The translations under genes and the position numbers were made by a program. Below the pieces are notes generated by a model, which was given only the letters and a program-made list of their open reading frames with translations, did not search any database and was not told where the DNA came from. Below, piece by piece: positions 1 to 13,676 of a stretch of 64,000 nucleotides of DNA; positions within the stretch are counted from its first letter, which is position 1, and the number at the start of each line of letters is the position of its first letter. The stretch comes from Sphaerodactylus townsendi (taxonomy: Eukaryota), in NCBI RefSeq assembly GCF_021028975.2, contig NC_059428.1:41602001-41666000 (forward strand), written 5' to 3'.

Positions 1-319
1 GCTTTCAAACCCACACATAGTATTATGGCATGAATTAACTTCATCTTGGATGCCTGTGATATATCTTTAAACATGAAAATCTTTTCTAGTTCCTTTATGG
101 CTACCCTTCTTAGTCTCAGTCTCCTTCTGATTTCTTGATTGTAGTCTGTCTTTGGTTGATGATGAAGCCAAGGAATGAAAAGTATTTGACAATTTCATTT
201 TCTTAATTGTCCACCCTAAAACCTATTCTCCAGTAGCCATTACAGCTTGATGTTCAGTTTTAGTCCTGCTTTGGCACATTCTTCTTTAATTTTCAGCAGT
301 AGCCATACATTTAAATTTA

Positions 320-640
320 AAGCCTATGGGGAATGTTTTCAGGGCTCGGGGGAGGGGCTATTTTTTAAGGTAGAAGGTATAAATACCAAATTTGCATCAT
401 AGCTGCTGGTGACTCTCCTTACAATAACCCCCGAGTTTGTTAAAGATTGGATCAGAGATCAAATGTTATTGACTCCCCATTTTTTCCTCCATTGAGGGCC
501 AATAAAATTGGACCTCTAACCAATTTAGGGGTGCTTGTAAGGATGATCACCAGTAAGTATATTGAAAATCTGGCCTCTACCTTAAAAAACAGCCCCCTCG
601 AGCCACAGAAAGATTCTCCATAGAGTATAATAGAACCCAA
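320..640. mobile_element. Unclassified non-autonomous repeat with an internal palindrome; related copies at about 26240-26570, 36640-37310, 60660-61010 and 61480-61930
   Basis: Shared motifs (accaaattt..., tttggtaaagtttggttcagggggtcc...atggaccc) recur in inverted arrangement. Confidence 0.55.
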
Positions 641-1427
641 AAATTTGAATATTTATTTATTTATTATTTATTTATTATTAAATTTATATACCACCCCTCC
701 CCCGAAGGGCTCACCTCCCCACCACCAGAAGCCAAAAAATACAATAAAACACTGATATGGGCATTTGGTTTTTTTCAGAAATACATATTTTTTTTCAGGT
801 CTAATATACCTGAATTTGAAAATATCGATTGGGGGGGGGGGGAGTGCACACTCCTGACCCTCATGAGAATGTTATCAAAATTAAGCGGATGAGGGAGTAT
901 AACATGAAAAGACACATGAGATATAAATAAAAAAGCATAAGATTAAAGTTCTCCTGCAGACATATACAGCTTCTATCTCAAAATAATTTCCAGCAGTTAG
1001 TACCTAAAGAATATTCTGTGATTCAGAAAAACTGATCAATAGCCACAAGTGCAAAGCCTGCTACAGAGAAAACATCCTGCCTCCAACATATGTATCATGA
1101 ATGTTGCTCCAACACCCACTGAATATTTTTCTTTCTTACCTTACCACCTCTAATTTGGCACAAATGAACTGTGTAATATTACATTTGCACAAAGCCACAC
1201 ACTGTGGGTTTAACTGATATTCTTGAAAGCCAAATTTGTCAGCCTGTGTAATAAACAACTCATTCCACAGCATTCCATAGCCTTACTTCTTGCCATTCTA
1301 CATCCTTGACAATTGCTTAGATGTAGCATTAGATCATAAAAAAAAAATATATGGTTGAAGTTTGGAGTCCGCTTAACAAACCGAACATATTAAATTAGTT
1401 CAAATGAAACAACAATGAATTCATTAC

Positions 1428-1481
1428 CAGTTCTCACATGTGGGCTTTCAGTTGTTTCTCTGCTTGGGAGCTTGGACGGAA
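1428..1481 (-). CDS. ABI3BP: ABI3BP exon, 54 nt: VPSKLPSRETTESPHVRT
   Basis: tttgttttcag acceptor, G|GTAATG donor, open. Confidence 0.75.
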
Positions 1482-1867
1482 CTGAAAACAAAACATTAGA
1501 ACTTGGTAAGCTTATGTTGGTTCTTCTGTGAAAGGAAACCAACAAGTTCAATGGAAAAGAAAAAGTTTTATGTAATCTTTGAGGTCAAGTGAAAATTCAG
1601 AATTAGTGAACTCAGATATAGAAGCAGAATATTGAGGGAATATTTTGATGACAATTCTTCGCTTGAGCTGTGGAGATTCCTAAATAGAGAAGCAGAGAAA
1701 AGGTCTGGAAATAATTACCATCAATGCACCCTGCAGAATAATCAACAAGTAAAAGTAAGCATGTTAACTTATGAACTTTTAAGAACAAGGATATATTTTT
1801 AAGTGCAGATACTTAAGTAGACAAAGATAGATCAAGTTATTTTTAGAGGGAAAAGAAATCAAATTAC

Positions 1868-1939
1868 CCGAAGTATCTTTGGGGTCATTGAGAACATGAA
1901 TATGAAGATTAATTGATCCTGGGATTGTTTCCACTGGTG
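1868..1939 (-). CDS. ABI3BP: ABI3BP exon, 72 nt: APVETIPGSINLHIHVLNDPKDTS
   Basis: tttgttcccatag acceptor, G|GTAATT donor, open. Confidence 0.75.
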
Positions 1940-2105
1940 CTATGGGAACAAAAGAGTGTAATAATTGAGACCAAGCAGAGGTTGTCTTAATCCATGAGTG
2001 GAGAACAAGCAGCACGAGAATCTCACAAAAGAAAATATGGCTCCTATTCTGTGAACGCAAGCTCTTCCATTGCCTCTTCTGTCTGTGCATGTCTTGCATC
2101 TTTTA

Positions 2106-2210
2106 GGCCCTTTCCGCACGGGCCTCCGGGCGGCCTCACACCGGCAGGAATTCTGCCGGTGGAAGGGTGGGGGCCGTTCGCACGCGTTTTTGGCCCATGC
2201 AGAAAGGGCC
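2106..2210. mobile_element. Short GC-rich MITE (PIF/Harbinger-like)
   Basis: TIR GGCCCTTTCYGCAYGGGCC at both ends; flanks tta / taa. Confidence 0.75.
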
Positions 2211-2426
2211 TAAGATTGTAAGTCTTCTGGCAGAGATTTTTGTGGCTTCTAAAATGGCAGCTGCAGGCAGCATCCACCTGGAAATAATTTTCTGACTTGC
2301 ATGCACTTTCAGTGGCAACAGAGTCAATATGAGTAATTATTTCCTCTTACTCAGCCATCTTGCAGTTTCTTTTCCTGATTTATTTGTCAGTAATTTGGAT
2401 AAAAGTTCCCTATACCTTTTCTCTTA

Positions 2427-2567
2427 GGCCCCTTCCGCACACACAAAATAATGCGTTTTCAAACCACTTTCACAACTGTTTGCAAGTGGATTTTGCCATT
2501 CCGCACAGCTTCAAAGAGCACTGAAAGCAGTTTGAAAGTGCATTATTCTGCATGTGCGGAATGAGCC
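2427..2567. mobile_element. PIF/Harbinger-like MITE, about 140-bp family
   Basis: TIR GGCYCMTTCCGCACA with 3-bp TSD TTA; sibling copies at 3611 and 50270. Confidence 0.8.
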
Positions 2568-2734
2568 TTATATTTCTATAAAGAAAAGGACCTATTGGGT
2601 AAACTAGTAGATCATGACAATGCTAATGTATTATAGCAATGATCAATTTTTGGAAAACAAAGTTCTTAAAATGTCCTCCATGGAAAATGGATCAAATGTA
2701 AAATTGTCATATTCAAGAGAAAAGAGGAACCCTT

Positions 2735-4260
2735 TTTTTCTCCTTGTTTTTTTAATATTTATTAAAATATAAATATGAAACTGATACAAACAAAATTCTA
2801 AGACAGAACTACAAAACTATTATAAAACACCAAATATATATGCTTAAAATTAATTTCTCATTCTAGACAGGAAAGTATTCCATTTTCTGAATTTACATTT
2901 GGTCATGTAGTTGGTTTACATGGATAAATATATTCTAACCAATCCTCCACCTTTCTCCCAATTCTGAGCAAAAATTAGCCTTGCAGATGTTACGGCATTA
3001 AGCACAAATTCACAAACATCTTTAAAAGAGAGATCTGTATAATTTAATTTCAGAAATTCTTGAGGATCTGCATCATAGGGACTTGGAAATAGCTGTTGCG
3101 ATCATATGCCAAAACTCTTTTGTCCTCTCACACTTCCATCAACTGTGTATAAAATTGGCATTGGTAGACCCACATACCCAACAATTCCCATTAGCCTCTT
3201 AATACATTTTTGCTAATTTATAGGGAGATAGGTCCTACTGATGTAACATTTTTTATTAAATTTTCTTATTTCATCTTTATATAATAATGCCTGTAAGAGA
3301 CTTTTTTAACCTGTAGATACTGAAACTGAGGAAACTGCCCTTTATTTAAAGATAAAGAGTTCTGCAAAGGTATCAACTGTTTGCCCATAAGGATTTTAAA
3401 AGAAGGAAATTTGAAAATTTAGGAAGAATTACATTATAATCTGATACCTTCTTCCCAAATTTTAAAATTTCCTTCTTTTGCAGCGTGGCTAAATTGTTTG
3501 GATCTGATCACAGAGGTAAATGGTGAAATTCCAGGAGCTAATTTTGGTTATTGTATTTACCTCTTTAATTCTCAAAGGAACTGACATAAAAGATTTTTCA
3601 ACTAGAGTCAGGCCCCTTGTGCACATGCAGAATAATGCACTTTCAATCCAATTTCATAATTGTTTGCAAATGGATTTTGTTATTCCGTACAGCTGCAAAG
3701 TGCATTGAAAGTGAATTGAAAGTGCATTATTCTGCATGTATGGAAGGGGCCTCAGTGCTGTATCTTTATCGTCTTTCATCCATTCTGTTCTCCAACCTAT
3801 TCTAACCAAATTGTAATACTTCTGGACATTGGGAATTCCGAAGCCAGCCCTTGCAACCTACCCTGGGCATCTTGAAAATTTATTCTAGATCTCTTATGAT
3901 TCCAGATAAAGTTAGATAAACATTTTGGTATATTTTTAAATCTAATTCTTGTTATTGGACTATTCCAAAACAGAAATTCAATTTAGGTAGCATTAAAACA
4001 TTTTGATTAAGTCTATGTTACTTAGAAATATCAGTTTATCTGCAATTAGGTGGATAATAGGTTTTGAATGTACTTCATGACTTCCTCAAAATTCAAGTGA
4101 TGCAGAACTTTAGTGCTTTTTGGAATATAGATACCAAAATATTTAACAACACTGGTTTGTTTAATTTCATTTAGCAAGCCACATCATACGATTTAAGCCA
4201 TGCACGGAAATTTATTGGCTCAATGTGATATAACAATTTAAAGTTGTGATATTAAACCTT
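2735..4260 (-). mobile_element. Decayed L1/Tx1-clade LINE 3' fragment, interrupted by a MITE
   Basis: Minus-strand remnants of VKYFGIY and of a C-terminal CWxC...NFxH...WKC zinc-finger-like region; T-rich tail on the + strand. Confidence 0.6.
3611..3751. mobile_element. PIF/Harbinger-like MITE (same family as 2427)
   Basis: TIRs with 3-bp TSD TCA. Confidence 0.8.
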
Positions 4261-4510
4261 TTTTTTAATTTTAGAGGTAAAAAATGGGAAATCAGTGGAA
4301 ACAGCAGCTTTATGCCTCCCTTTTAAATTCCCTAATTCAACATATTCTATTATGATTCACTATATATCAAAAATCAAAAGAAGTTAGTAGTATGCTTGCA
4401 GATAATCTGATACAAACTAAAATAGAATTTATCTTTAAAATACTGTCAGACCATTTTCAAAGCCTGGTAAAAATCTACCTATGTTGAATATGTACAAAGA
4501 ATGTAATTAC

Positions 4511-4585
4511 CAGGTTTAGTCTGTGATATTTCTGGTTTGCCAGATGTTTTGGGTTTGGAAGGAATGAATTTTGTTTCTTTTGGAG
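4511..4585 (-). CDS. ABI3BP: ABI3BP exon, 75 nt: APKETKFIPSKPKTSGKPEISQTKP
   Basis: cttttttccag acceptor, G|GTAATT donor, TKP end. Confidence 0.9.
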
Positions 4586-4996
4586 CTGGAAAAAAGAGCA
4601 GGGTTATTATTGTATTCTTTAGCAATCACAGACCCATGCCATGTTTAGTTCAAGGAGAATGCATGCCTTAAAAGCATCAAGTAAAGACAATGATTCTCTG
4701 TGTTTCTGATAGCAGATAAAAATGTTTGGAAAATTAAAAAAAAGAATGAAATGATACACTATGACTGATAATGGCCAAGTTCTGAGGACATGAACACCTC
4801 AAATCTGAAAGACAGAGAGTTATCAAAATGATAGTGTTGAATACGTGCTTTACAAAAAACATTTTAATGCAAGAGATCAGAATGGGGAAAAACAGCAATG
4901 AAACAGTGAATGAAGTGATGGAAATTCACAGCAAAAAAAGAGGTTTAAAATGATTCAGAAGGTAGAATAAGTGAACTCCACCAAGGAAATTGTTAC

Positions 4997-5071
4997 CCAT
5001 AGTTGTCTTCAGGTGTCCAGAAGACAAAGTAGGTTTGATTGTAAGTGGCTGTGAAGTTGTTTGATAGAGTG
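4997..5071 (-). CDS. ABI3BP: ABI3BP exon, 75 nt: ALYQTTSQPLTIKPTLSSGHLKTTM
   Basis: ttcctcccaacag acceptor, G|GTAACA donor, TTM end. Confidence 0.85.
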
Positions 5072-5954
5072 CTGTTGGGAGGAAAAATGTAAACATCTTT
5101 ACATAGCTGAAATAAAGGTAATATAAGCTATAGTGACTCTAGATAGTAGATCATTATGTTTGAATATGGTTTTACTGGGAATATTGTTGTAAAAGGGAAA
5201 GGCACACTAAAACAAAAATTATAGTTTGGCAAAAAAGTTGATAAGAGCTGTCTTTTAATTTTAAGAAACGTCAAAATTATATGGAGTTAGTAAAGGGAGA
5301 GGAAGAACTTCACTGAAAACCCCCCAGCAAGTTCTGCTGAGATCATGCACATAGGCCCATAGATGTATAAATACCACTATTTTTACATCTATAACTTTGT
5401 ATGATTGCATATATAACTTTGTATGATTGCAGGCTTTACCTGTGAGAAGAGAAAAGCTAGATCTGTATAGTCATGATTGTAAAACATTATACATAATATC
5501 TCAGTCCATTTTATATGGCTATTCAGAACAATAATTGTGAAAGACCCTAAAATAAAAGGTAGCATTCACAATTGATATATCAATACCTTATCCCAAGCAG
5601 CAACTCTTAAAGTAAGGTGTAGGGATCATTTATAAAATAAAAAAGACATGAATTTAGCACTCTAGTTTCAGTAACTTCTAGTATCTAGTCTTAGATACCT
5701 TTGCAAGGAGAACTATATTATATTCTCTGACATTCTATCTTCTCAGTTCAAGGTTTTTTTTGGTTACATCTGGAAACAGAATAATGGGTTTGACAGAAGA
5801 CATGGGTGGCAATATGATATTTTCTTCTTCTGACTGTAGCTGCTCAGGCATAACCAAGAAAATTTGGCTATTTGTCTCTCAAAATATAGAAAGTGAGGTT
5901 TTGCTAACAATATAATTACATGAACATATAGAATTACAAAAGTGACTCAATTAC

Positions 5955-6029
5955 CAGGTTTGGTCTCTAGAATTCTTGGCCTGGGGGATGGTTTTGATTT
6001 ATTAGGAAAGAAGTATTCCACTGCTGAAG
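5955..6029 (-). CDS. ABI3BP: ABI3BP exon, 75 nt: ASAVEYFFPNKSKPSPRPRILETKP
   Basis: aaatttcag acceptor, G|GTAATT donor, TKP end. Confidence 0.87.
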
Positions 6030-6430
6030 CTGAAATTTAAAAAAACAACAACCTGGATTACAACTCTCAATAACATATTTTGTTCTTCTGCCTGCAGAGA
6101 AGCAAAGTGAAAACAAAATATGTTAAAGCTATTCCCAAAGCTAACTATGAAAATGTCCAAGAAGGAAGAAAACAGTTAATTTTTTTTTTTGGCCTGTTCA
6201 TGTGTAGACTATGAACTTTCCAAAAACCAGAACTGTCAACTACTGGTGAAGAAAGGCAAAAGATGGATGTGAAAATGAAATGAAAGAATTGTTTTATAGT
6301 TTGATTGGTTACAAAAGATACAGAGCAGACAAGGGTCCCCTGAGCATAATTTTCAGTGCTTCTGAGGGAAGGAGAAAGGTGAAAAGATCTCCTGCAAGCA
6401 GAAAACGTGCAGCCGGTCACTCACTGTTAC

Positions 6431-6487
6431 CTAAGGTCTTTGTTGTGATAACTTCCAAAGGCAATTGGAGCCTATGCCAATGACCAA
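6431..6487 (-). CDS. ABI3BP: ABI3BP exon, 57 nt: VGHWHRLQLPLEVITTKTL
   Basis: gtgcttag acceptor (weak), AG|GTAACA donor, open, TL end, in the expected doublet position. Confidence 0.55.
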   Translation of the reverse strand: MVIGIGSNCLWKLSQQRP

Positions 6488-7899
6488 CTAAGCACATGGT
6501 TTACACCCTGAAATGTTTTTTGCACTGTAGTTCCAACCATATTTCAGTAGATTTATAGTAGCATGCCAGAAACCAAATCTACATGTAAGCAGATTCTACA
6601 TGTAAGCAGATTTTTCACAATACTTGCACCTCAAAATGATGCATCTATAATTCTGTTCAGGCTACTCATGCAAAGTACATCATATCCAAGTAAGTTAATT
6701 TGTATACAGCCAAGGCCATTTATGATGCGTGAACCTTCTTTTCTTTTTTAAAAGAAAAAACTTGTATTTTCATATGGAAAACTAATCTTGCTATCTGCTT
6801 TGAACTCCGAGATTAGGACTACTATAGAAATGCTGCTGCATTTATGATTTCATCATGCAAAGAACAGTAATCACTAAGTATTTTGCATCAAAGGGCAGTT
6901 GAGTGCATGGAAAGAGAGAATAATTATTAGTAATGCTTTGACACGAAGTTCTCCTTGGAAATCCTTTTCCTGAGGGAATTAAAAAAAACCATGACCATAA
7001 GTAAAGAGTATAACCCAGTGCTGCCTATTTCCACTCAAGACTGCCTATTTCCACTCAAGACTGAGGTGTCATGGAAGTGACAGATCTTGAGAGAATTATA
7101 TAATTTCAATTGGAAACAATGGGGAAAAATCATGAAGTGGGTGGAGAAAAATAAAAATTTGTGTTATATCAACTGAAGAAGGTACTCTGATTCCAAAGAG
7201 TTGTAATCATTTTATCACATATATGACTGCACAATCTCTTTTGCTGACAGTTCTATTGCATTTTCACAATATAAAACATATATTCATACATTAAAAGTTA
7301 CTGTCAAATTGAAGAAATTAAACCCTTAAATTATGTTAAGGTGCTAGGGTTTATCCTGCATTAATCAATAAATGACACCTGAATTAATGATGGCATTAAA
7401 TATGAGTTTCCAAATGTTATACCCATAATGCCCTCAGAGTCAGGACAGGCATCCTGAATATAGATCCAGTCTTATTTTCACCCTGTTCTTCCCCACTGAC
7501 TATATATATATAGCGTCATCAAATGCCCTGTCAAAAGTTTTTTTTAATCCAAGAATATTTTATGCTTTTTATGACATCTTTCCACCCAAACAGGGTCCTC
7601 AAGGCAGTGAACATAGAGCATTAAAACATTTCAATGTTATTTAAAATAAAGTATATATACACAATATTTCAATTAAATACAGAATCATTGGGTTGGAGAT
7701 TACCTCCAGGGTCATCCTGTCTAATCCCCTGTCCAATGTGTGTGTGTGTTTATATGTAAAACTCTCTCTCTCTCTCACACACACATACATATAAAACCTA
7801 TATTTTTATAAATTAAAAATACAATAACATATATCCAGTGTTCATAGGAAAGATTTCACCACTTTCTTCTCCTGCTTCAATCTACTGAGTTCCCTAAAA

Positions 7900-8607
7900 T
7901 GTTGGTCCCGGGGTGGAGGAGCACCTGGGGGCAACTCCTGCTCTGGGTGCCTCCCACCACTCTTGTCCCCCCCACCCCCGCCCCCACCCCACCCCCACAC
8001 TTACCTAAGCCAGCGGCTGAACTGACTGCAGCTGTCCTGGCGGCTGCTACGGTGGCAGTTCTGGGCAGCCTGGCAGGGCCTGGCAGGGCCAGGGTGGGGG
8101 GGAACCCAGTGGTGGCCCCGCCAGGCTGCTCTTGTCAGGGCCAGGCCAAGGGGTACCTGGTGGGCTGGAGCTGCCACATGGGAGCCTGCTGCAGGTTATC
8201 CCTCCACCTGGCTCTGCCAGGGTGCTTTTTCAGCTGGCAGAGCCCCCCACCCCTGCACTGCTTGCCTCTGAGCCACAGCCATAGGGTAGCTCCTGTCCGA
8301 GAGCTGGCTTGTGGCTGTGGCTCATGGCTCAGGCAGGTGCCTGAGGCCGACTTCTGCCTTCCCTGCCTCCCTGCTGACAGGGAGGCTGGCTCTCAGGCAG
8401 TAGTCAGCCTGCAGCTGTGGCTCAGCAGCAGGCAGCTCAAGCATGCACCACAGCTTCAGCTGGCCTCCCTGTCAGCAGGGAGACTGGGGAGTCCAGGAAC
8501 CAGACTGCAGCTACAGTACCCACCTGAGTAGCATGGAGGGAGTTGCCAGGTGCCCCCCCACATGATCAAATGACATGCACCTGGGGACATGGGATGCCCC
8601 ATATACC
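7900..8607. mobile_element. GC-rich hAT-like non-autonomous element (family of 56858)
   Basis: gcacctgggggcaac matches the subterminal sequence of the 56858 element in reverse; ends ...tatgccactg. Confidence 0.55.
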
Positions 8608-8934
8608 CATTAGCAGTATGCCACTGCCCAGGAGTCTGAAGAACCTAAGAAAAACCACAGCAAACAAAAAAGAGAGAGACTCCAGAGGGATAGGAATCAG
8701 TGAAAATTGCCTGCATTCTTGTGCAAACAGAAATGTCTTTCTGCCAGAGGAACTGTATAGTTGGATACAAACTGCTGGATCAACTTGTGCGTGTGTGTGT
8801 TTGTGTGTGCTTTTAAACACATACATATTTTACATAGGAAATTCTAAAACCTCTGATAGTTTCCTTTTCATGGGCATGTCCCTCCAGCCATCCAGAGCTA
8901 TGCAGGGAGGAGAGATAGGTGCTGGAACACCGTA

Positions 8935-9153
8935 GGGGCCCAAAGCAGCACCCTCATGCCAGTGCGCTTCACACCATGCTGGTGGAAAGATGCCACTTTT
9001 GAGAAAACTCGCTCAGGGAGCGAGTTTCAAAAGTGACGTTTTCACACCGGTTCGGAGGGCGAGCATGGTGCTGCTGCGATGTGCAAACAGCATCCCAGGG
9101 ACAGTGTTTTTACCATCCCTAGGGTGCTGTTTTTCGGCCGTGCGGAAACAGCC
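8935..9153. mobile_element. Partial Harbinger-like MITE
   Basis: Ends ...ggccgtgcggaaacagcc|tta, the same TIR type as 51214 and 61032. Confidence 0.55.
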
Positions 9154-10768
9154 TTAGTTTCATTTTGCAGTCGAGGTCTAATCTGCTCATTAGACCCTGC
9201 TGGCTTTTTCACTTCGAAGAACTGGGGAGTGTGGGCTGTTTTGACCTAAGTGAAGGCCATGCTGTATTTTTCCCATGAAATTGGAGGGGAACCATTCTCC
9301 CCTTGGGAACTGGTACTAAGGGTGGTGTTATGTGAAGTGGAGGGGCACATATATATAATGCAAGATGTTTTCGCACTTAATAATGCAAGAAGTTTTGGCA
9401 CTTAATCTTAGTTCTGGCAATAGAAGTCTAAATGCCTTTTCCTGATGCTGTTTTCAATAAAGAAATCATCTGAATACAGAGTCTCGTTATTGAACAGTCA
9501 TGGGGCACAATACCTCTTTTCAGTTTTCATGAGTACTTACATTAAAATAATTGACAAGGTTACTGAGTTAATATTAGGCAACTTTTTTAACTGATCAAAT
9601 AATTTTTCAAATTTAAATATTTGCAAGAAAAAAGAACTGATTGTGAAAGTATATAAAGTACATTTAATGAGGACAATGGACATTGCAGCAGTAATTTCCT
9701 TTGAGGACTGAATATTGTGTAGCAGGGAGTCTGGCCACAGAGCTGTAATGTCAAGCATTTGAAAGAAGGCAGAGAAAAATGATGCAAATGAGCAAATGAC
9801 TGAGGGAATAAGAACCTGTACTTTACAAATTAGGAATGTGAAGAGAAAATAAAGTCCATGCTCTAAAGCATATTTATGAAATACAATGTCCTTCTGAGAT
9901 ACTAAAAAAAAAAAAATACACAGAAGGATCCAAAAAACTACTTAGCCTCATACAAGAGGTTTACACTAGTCCAGAGGAATTTTTGACTTTTTTTCCCCTT
10001 TGAAGAGCATACTGTACTCTCCAGGCCAAGTTACAACCTGCACTCAAAAGTTCTGTGTTTCAACACAGGCAGGGCAAGTTTATTGCTTGAAAAAATAAGT
10101 CTATGCTCCCCTTGGGCTTACAGTATGAGTTTCATGTTTTTTTCGACTCAGGGCAGAAGAATTATTCTTAACACAAAATGACACAAACATAATATTTTAT
10201 ACACACAACAGTTTCAATGTAATCAGTTGAATTCCATCTAAAACTTGCATATACGTAGAAGGCCCATTTTTCACTGATACCCACTTACCACAGCAGACTT
10301 CTCATCCCTTCACGTTATTCCTGGAAGCGGGAGTTATCCCCCCAGCACTGAGGGGACATTTTGTGCTTAAGTGGAAAAGGAAGGTGGGGAAGTCCTGAGC
10401 TACAGATAGAAATTTCTTCATCTATGACATTTCAAGATGGAATCAAACCATTCAGTCCAAAAGATGCTTGGAGATGCATGTCAGTGGAATGGCCCTCAAA
10501 ACATACTCATTCATAAGTATCTTTGGTCATAGTATAAGTATATGCTGTATGCTTAGTCCCTTCAGCAATTGAAAATATCTTTTCTTCTCCAAGTATAGCC
10601 ACTGGACATCTTTTTGAAGGAGAAGAATAGTGCTAGTTCGTTTTCATGGTTTGTTTTCATAATGAAAAATACAGATAGTATTCCAACTGTTCTAAAGAAC
10701 TATGGTCTTGACAGATGTAGCATTCAATCAACCTTTGCTACACTTTATCTGTAAGATCTGTTGCTTAC

Positions 10769-10798
10769 CAAGTTGTGTTTCAGGTATTGCTTTTAGAG
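10769..10798 (-). CDS. Candidate 30-nt exon: ALKAIPETQL
   Basis: aattcag acceptor with a weak pyrimidine tract, G|GTAAGC donor, phase 1-1, IPET-like motif. Confidence 0.3.
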
Positions 10799-13676
10799 CT
10801 GAATTGGTCCAGAATTCATTGAAAGCGTGCAATGGAATCTTGGCATTTAATTAAAGCAAAAAATTTCCAATGCCAGGATTTTGCCAGGCATTGCAAATCT
10901 CCAATGCCAGGAGAAAGATTTTGAATCTGACTGAGAAAGATCCTTATGTGTGGCCCTGGAAGATAATAATTAAGAATAGGATATGATGGCAAAGATACAG
11001 GCATTCATAAAACTAATAAAGCTCTCAGTAATCAATTTGGATAGACAAGTATTTTGTTGAGGGGACTGTGTTTTACCAGGATTCTATGAAGTTCCCTTCT
11101 CCTATGTGAGCTACTAGAAGTTCCCTTCTCCTATGTGAGCTCATGAGTTGCTAAAAAGACCTAACAATTCTGCATTATAGAAGAGCATTTATGCTTGCCA
11201 TTACGTATTTGGATGGAATTTGAGAATATTGGTCTTGTCAGCTTGAGTCTTTAGAATGTATTTTATTGGAGTGTGAAATCTGGTCTGATTTAAAAGAAAG
11301 GTATTTGTCCTCCCTCTTAATTGGTTATGTGAATTTACCATCTCAAAAAAATCATCCAGTTTTTCCTTTTAGATGAAGATCAAACTACTTTTGCAGTTGC
11401 TAATTATTTAGCTGCAGTTGGATCTCAGTCTGCTCATGACCTTTGAAACAAAATAACAGTAAGATGAGTAATTAAAATACAAGGCTTAAACTGCTTTTAT
11501 CCTTTCATGAGGGAAAAAAACCAAACAAATAAGTGCCTGTAATTTTCCCCAGATGAAGGTAAAAGCAGCCTGGAAGTGGAGGTTTTCACTCTACCAAAAA
11601 AAATATATCTAGGACCTGTGTTTGGGGAAAGAAAGAGAAAAAAGCATTTAAAATGGAACTAAAAATAACATGCAGTTTCACCCTTTATGTGTCCTGACAT
11701 TATTCAGCCCCTTAAGTTGTCCTCAGGGTTGGGTCAGATCCAAATTCCAGCTTCCACATATAGAAGGTCTCTTTTGCTTGAACAAGGAAAGGGAATGACA
11801 TCTGTCAACTCCTTCCTCCCCCTTTAAATGCCCACACAGTTTGCCATAGTAACAAGAATATGAACAGTTACAATATGTAATAGAACTATAAACATCCAAA
11901 AGAACCTGCATTGCATCCCATGTCATTCCTCAAGGGTTCCCTGGTTGTCAGGGACAATTTTTGTGGGCAGAAGGGCTGTAGTGGGTGAGGAGAGGTAGGA
12001 AAATCCACTTTGATGGCAGAGATGTGCTTGCTGTTCTTTGGATTCCACCCACAGTTGACATTTGCTGGCTTTTTTTTTTTTGCAATGCACATCTAGTTGA
12101 CCAGAATTTTTAAGGTTTTAAGAATACATATCTTTCTAGTTGGCACTATGCAATGAATACAAAAGGACACGAACCTAGTTCGGTTAATACAAACTACATC
12201 ATGACCCACTGAAGGGAAGAATTTAGTTACTGAAACCAGGGTTTTATTCCAACAATTGTATTATGAAAGATTTTTTTTAAAGGATGCCTTAGGTTTGCTT
12301 TTAGCAAGTCAAGAGCAGCAGGTAGTATGTGTTGAAAAAATATTTATTTTAAAGAAGAAGCACTCATAAATACCTTCTTTTACCTACTATATAGTGGGAA
12401 AAGTACCATTATTTAGAATTCTAGGCTTCACAGAATGTAAATCTGTTCATCTGAGTTTCAACATTGTTTTAACCCTTACTAAGAAACCTTTTGATTTATA
12501 CACAAAAGCTTCCTGAAATTATATGTGTGGAAAAGTGAAATGCTTAAATATTTTCCAATCACAATCCATTCAAATAATTTATCAGCAAAAGAAGGAAGGT
12601 TGCTGATAGAAAGACCTATTAAATCTTTAGTATGAAATCTGTCTGTAGCTTCAGAACTTGTTTAAAAGTTAAAAGCAGTCATGGGAAATCAGTTGGGAAC
12701 TGTGGAACTTGGAAATGGGGAATTATCTTCTTCATGACATTTACATGATCTAAATGTTGTTTTCCCCACGGAGTAAACATTCAGAAACCTGCCAATTTTT
12801 AAATTAAAAAATAACCCACATAAGGTACAGGGATAAGTAGTCCGCTGTGCAAACACCAGGTAATTACTGATCCATAGGTGATGACACATCACAAGATTTA
12901 CTAGGCAGACTATGTTTATGGGGTAATTACCATTCCTTCCCCAGACATCTACACTTTACCTTCAACAAGTTGGGTACTCAACCCACATTAGGATACCTTC
13001 ATTTCTGAAAAGCTTCAGGACTCAAGTTGCCCAAGAAAACATGTATACTGTTGTGAAAAACCAGAGTAATCCCAGATGGGCAAGGACTAGTTAAGACCAC
13101 ATGCTTAGAGGCAACTTATACTGTATTATTATTGTACATATTCCAGATCTAAACTCTGCCCCGGAAAAGATATTTTAGGGCTGAGCTACGTATTAAATTA
13201 TAGTTATTCAAATTAATATTTTAACAAAACTGTAATAAGGTTTATAGCTGTCTGGTCCTAAGACAATCAGTATCTCCCTCGGCCAAAAACAACTTAGTGT
13301 ACCTGGTTCAGTACAATCTAAGTGACTAGGTGAAATTTCATCTTTCCTAGCCACTCAGTAATAAATTTAAAGGTTTAAATTTAATAAATTTAAATGTTTA
13401 AATTTAAATTTAAAGAAACGTTTCCGTGGGGGAGTAGTTGCTAAGTTGGCATTTATATCCATATTTGGTATTCAGAGCCTCATACAGTATTGTTCAGGCC
13501 CTATGATTTAATTCTGAACAGGCAAGATTTATGAACCATTGGTGTTATAAAGAAGTTATATGACACAATTATTTCAATGATACCACATGAATAAACAACA
13601 AACTATTAATGGAGAAATTCTATCATTATTACATACACTCTGATTCAAAGGAAATTCCTCATACTGACATACCTAC

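Noticed and set aside
5699-5769. AG/GT-bounded segment among exons
   Set aside because: 71 nt, not a multiple of 3, with an in-frame stop.
7899-8531. 210-aa ORF
   Set aside because: Lies in a GC-rich non-autonomous TE; low complexity and no recognisable domain.
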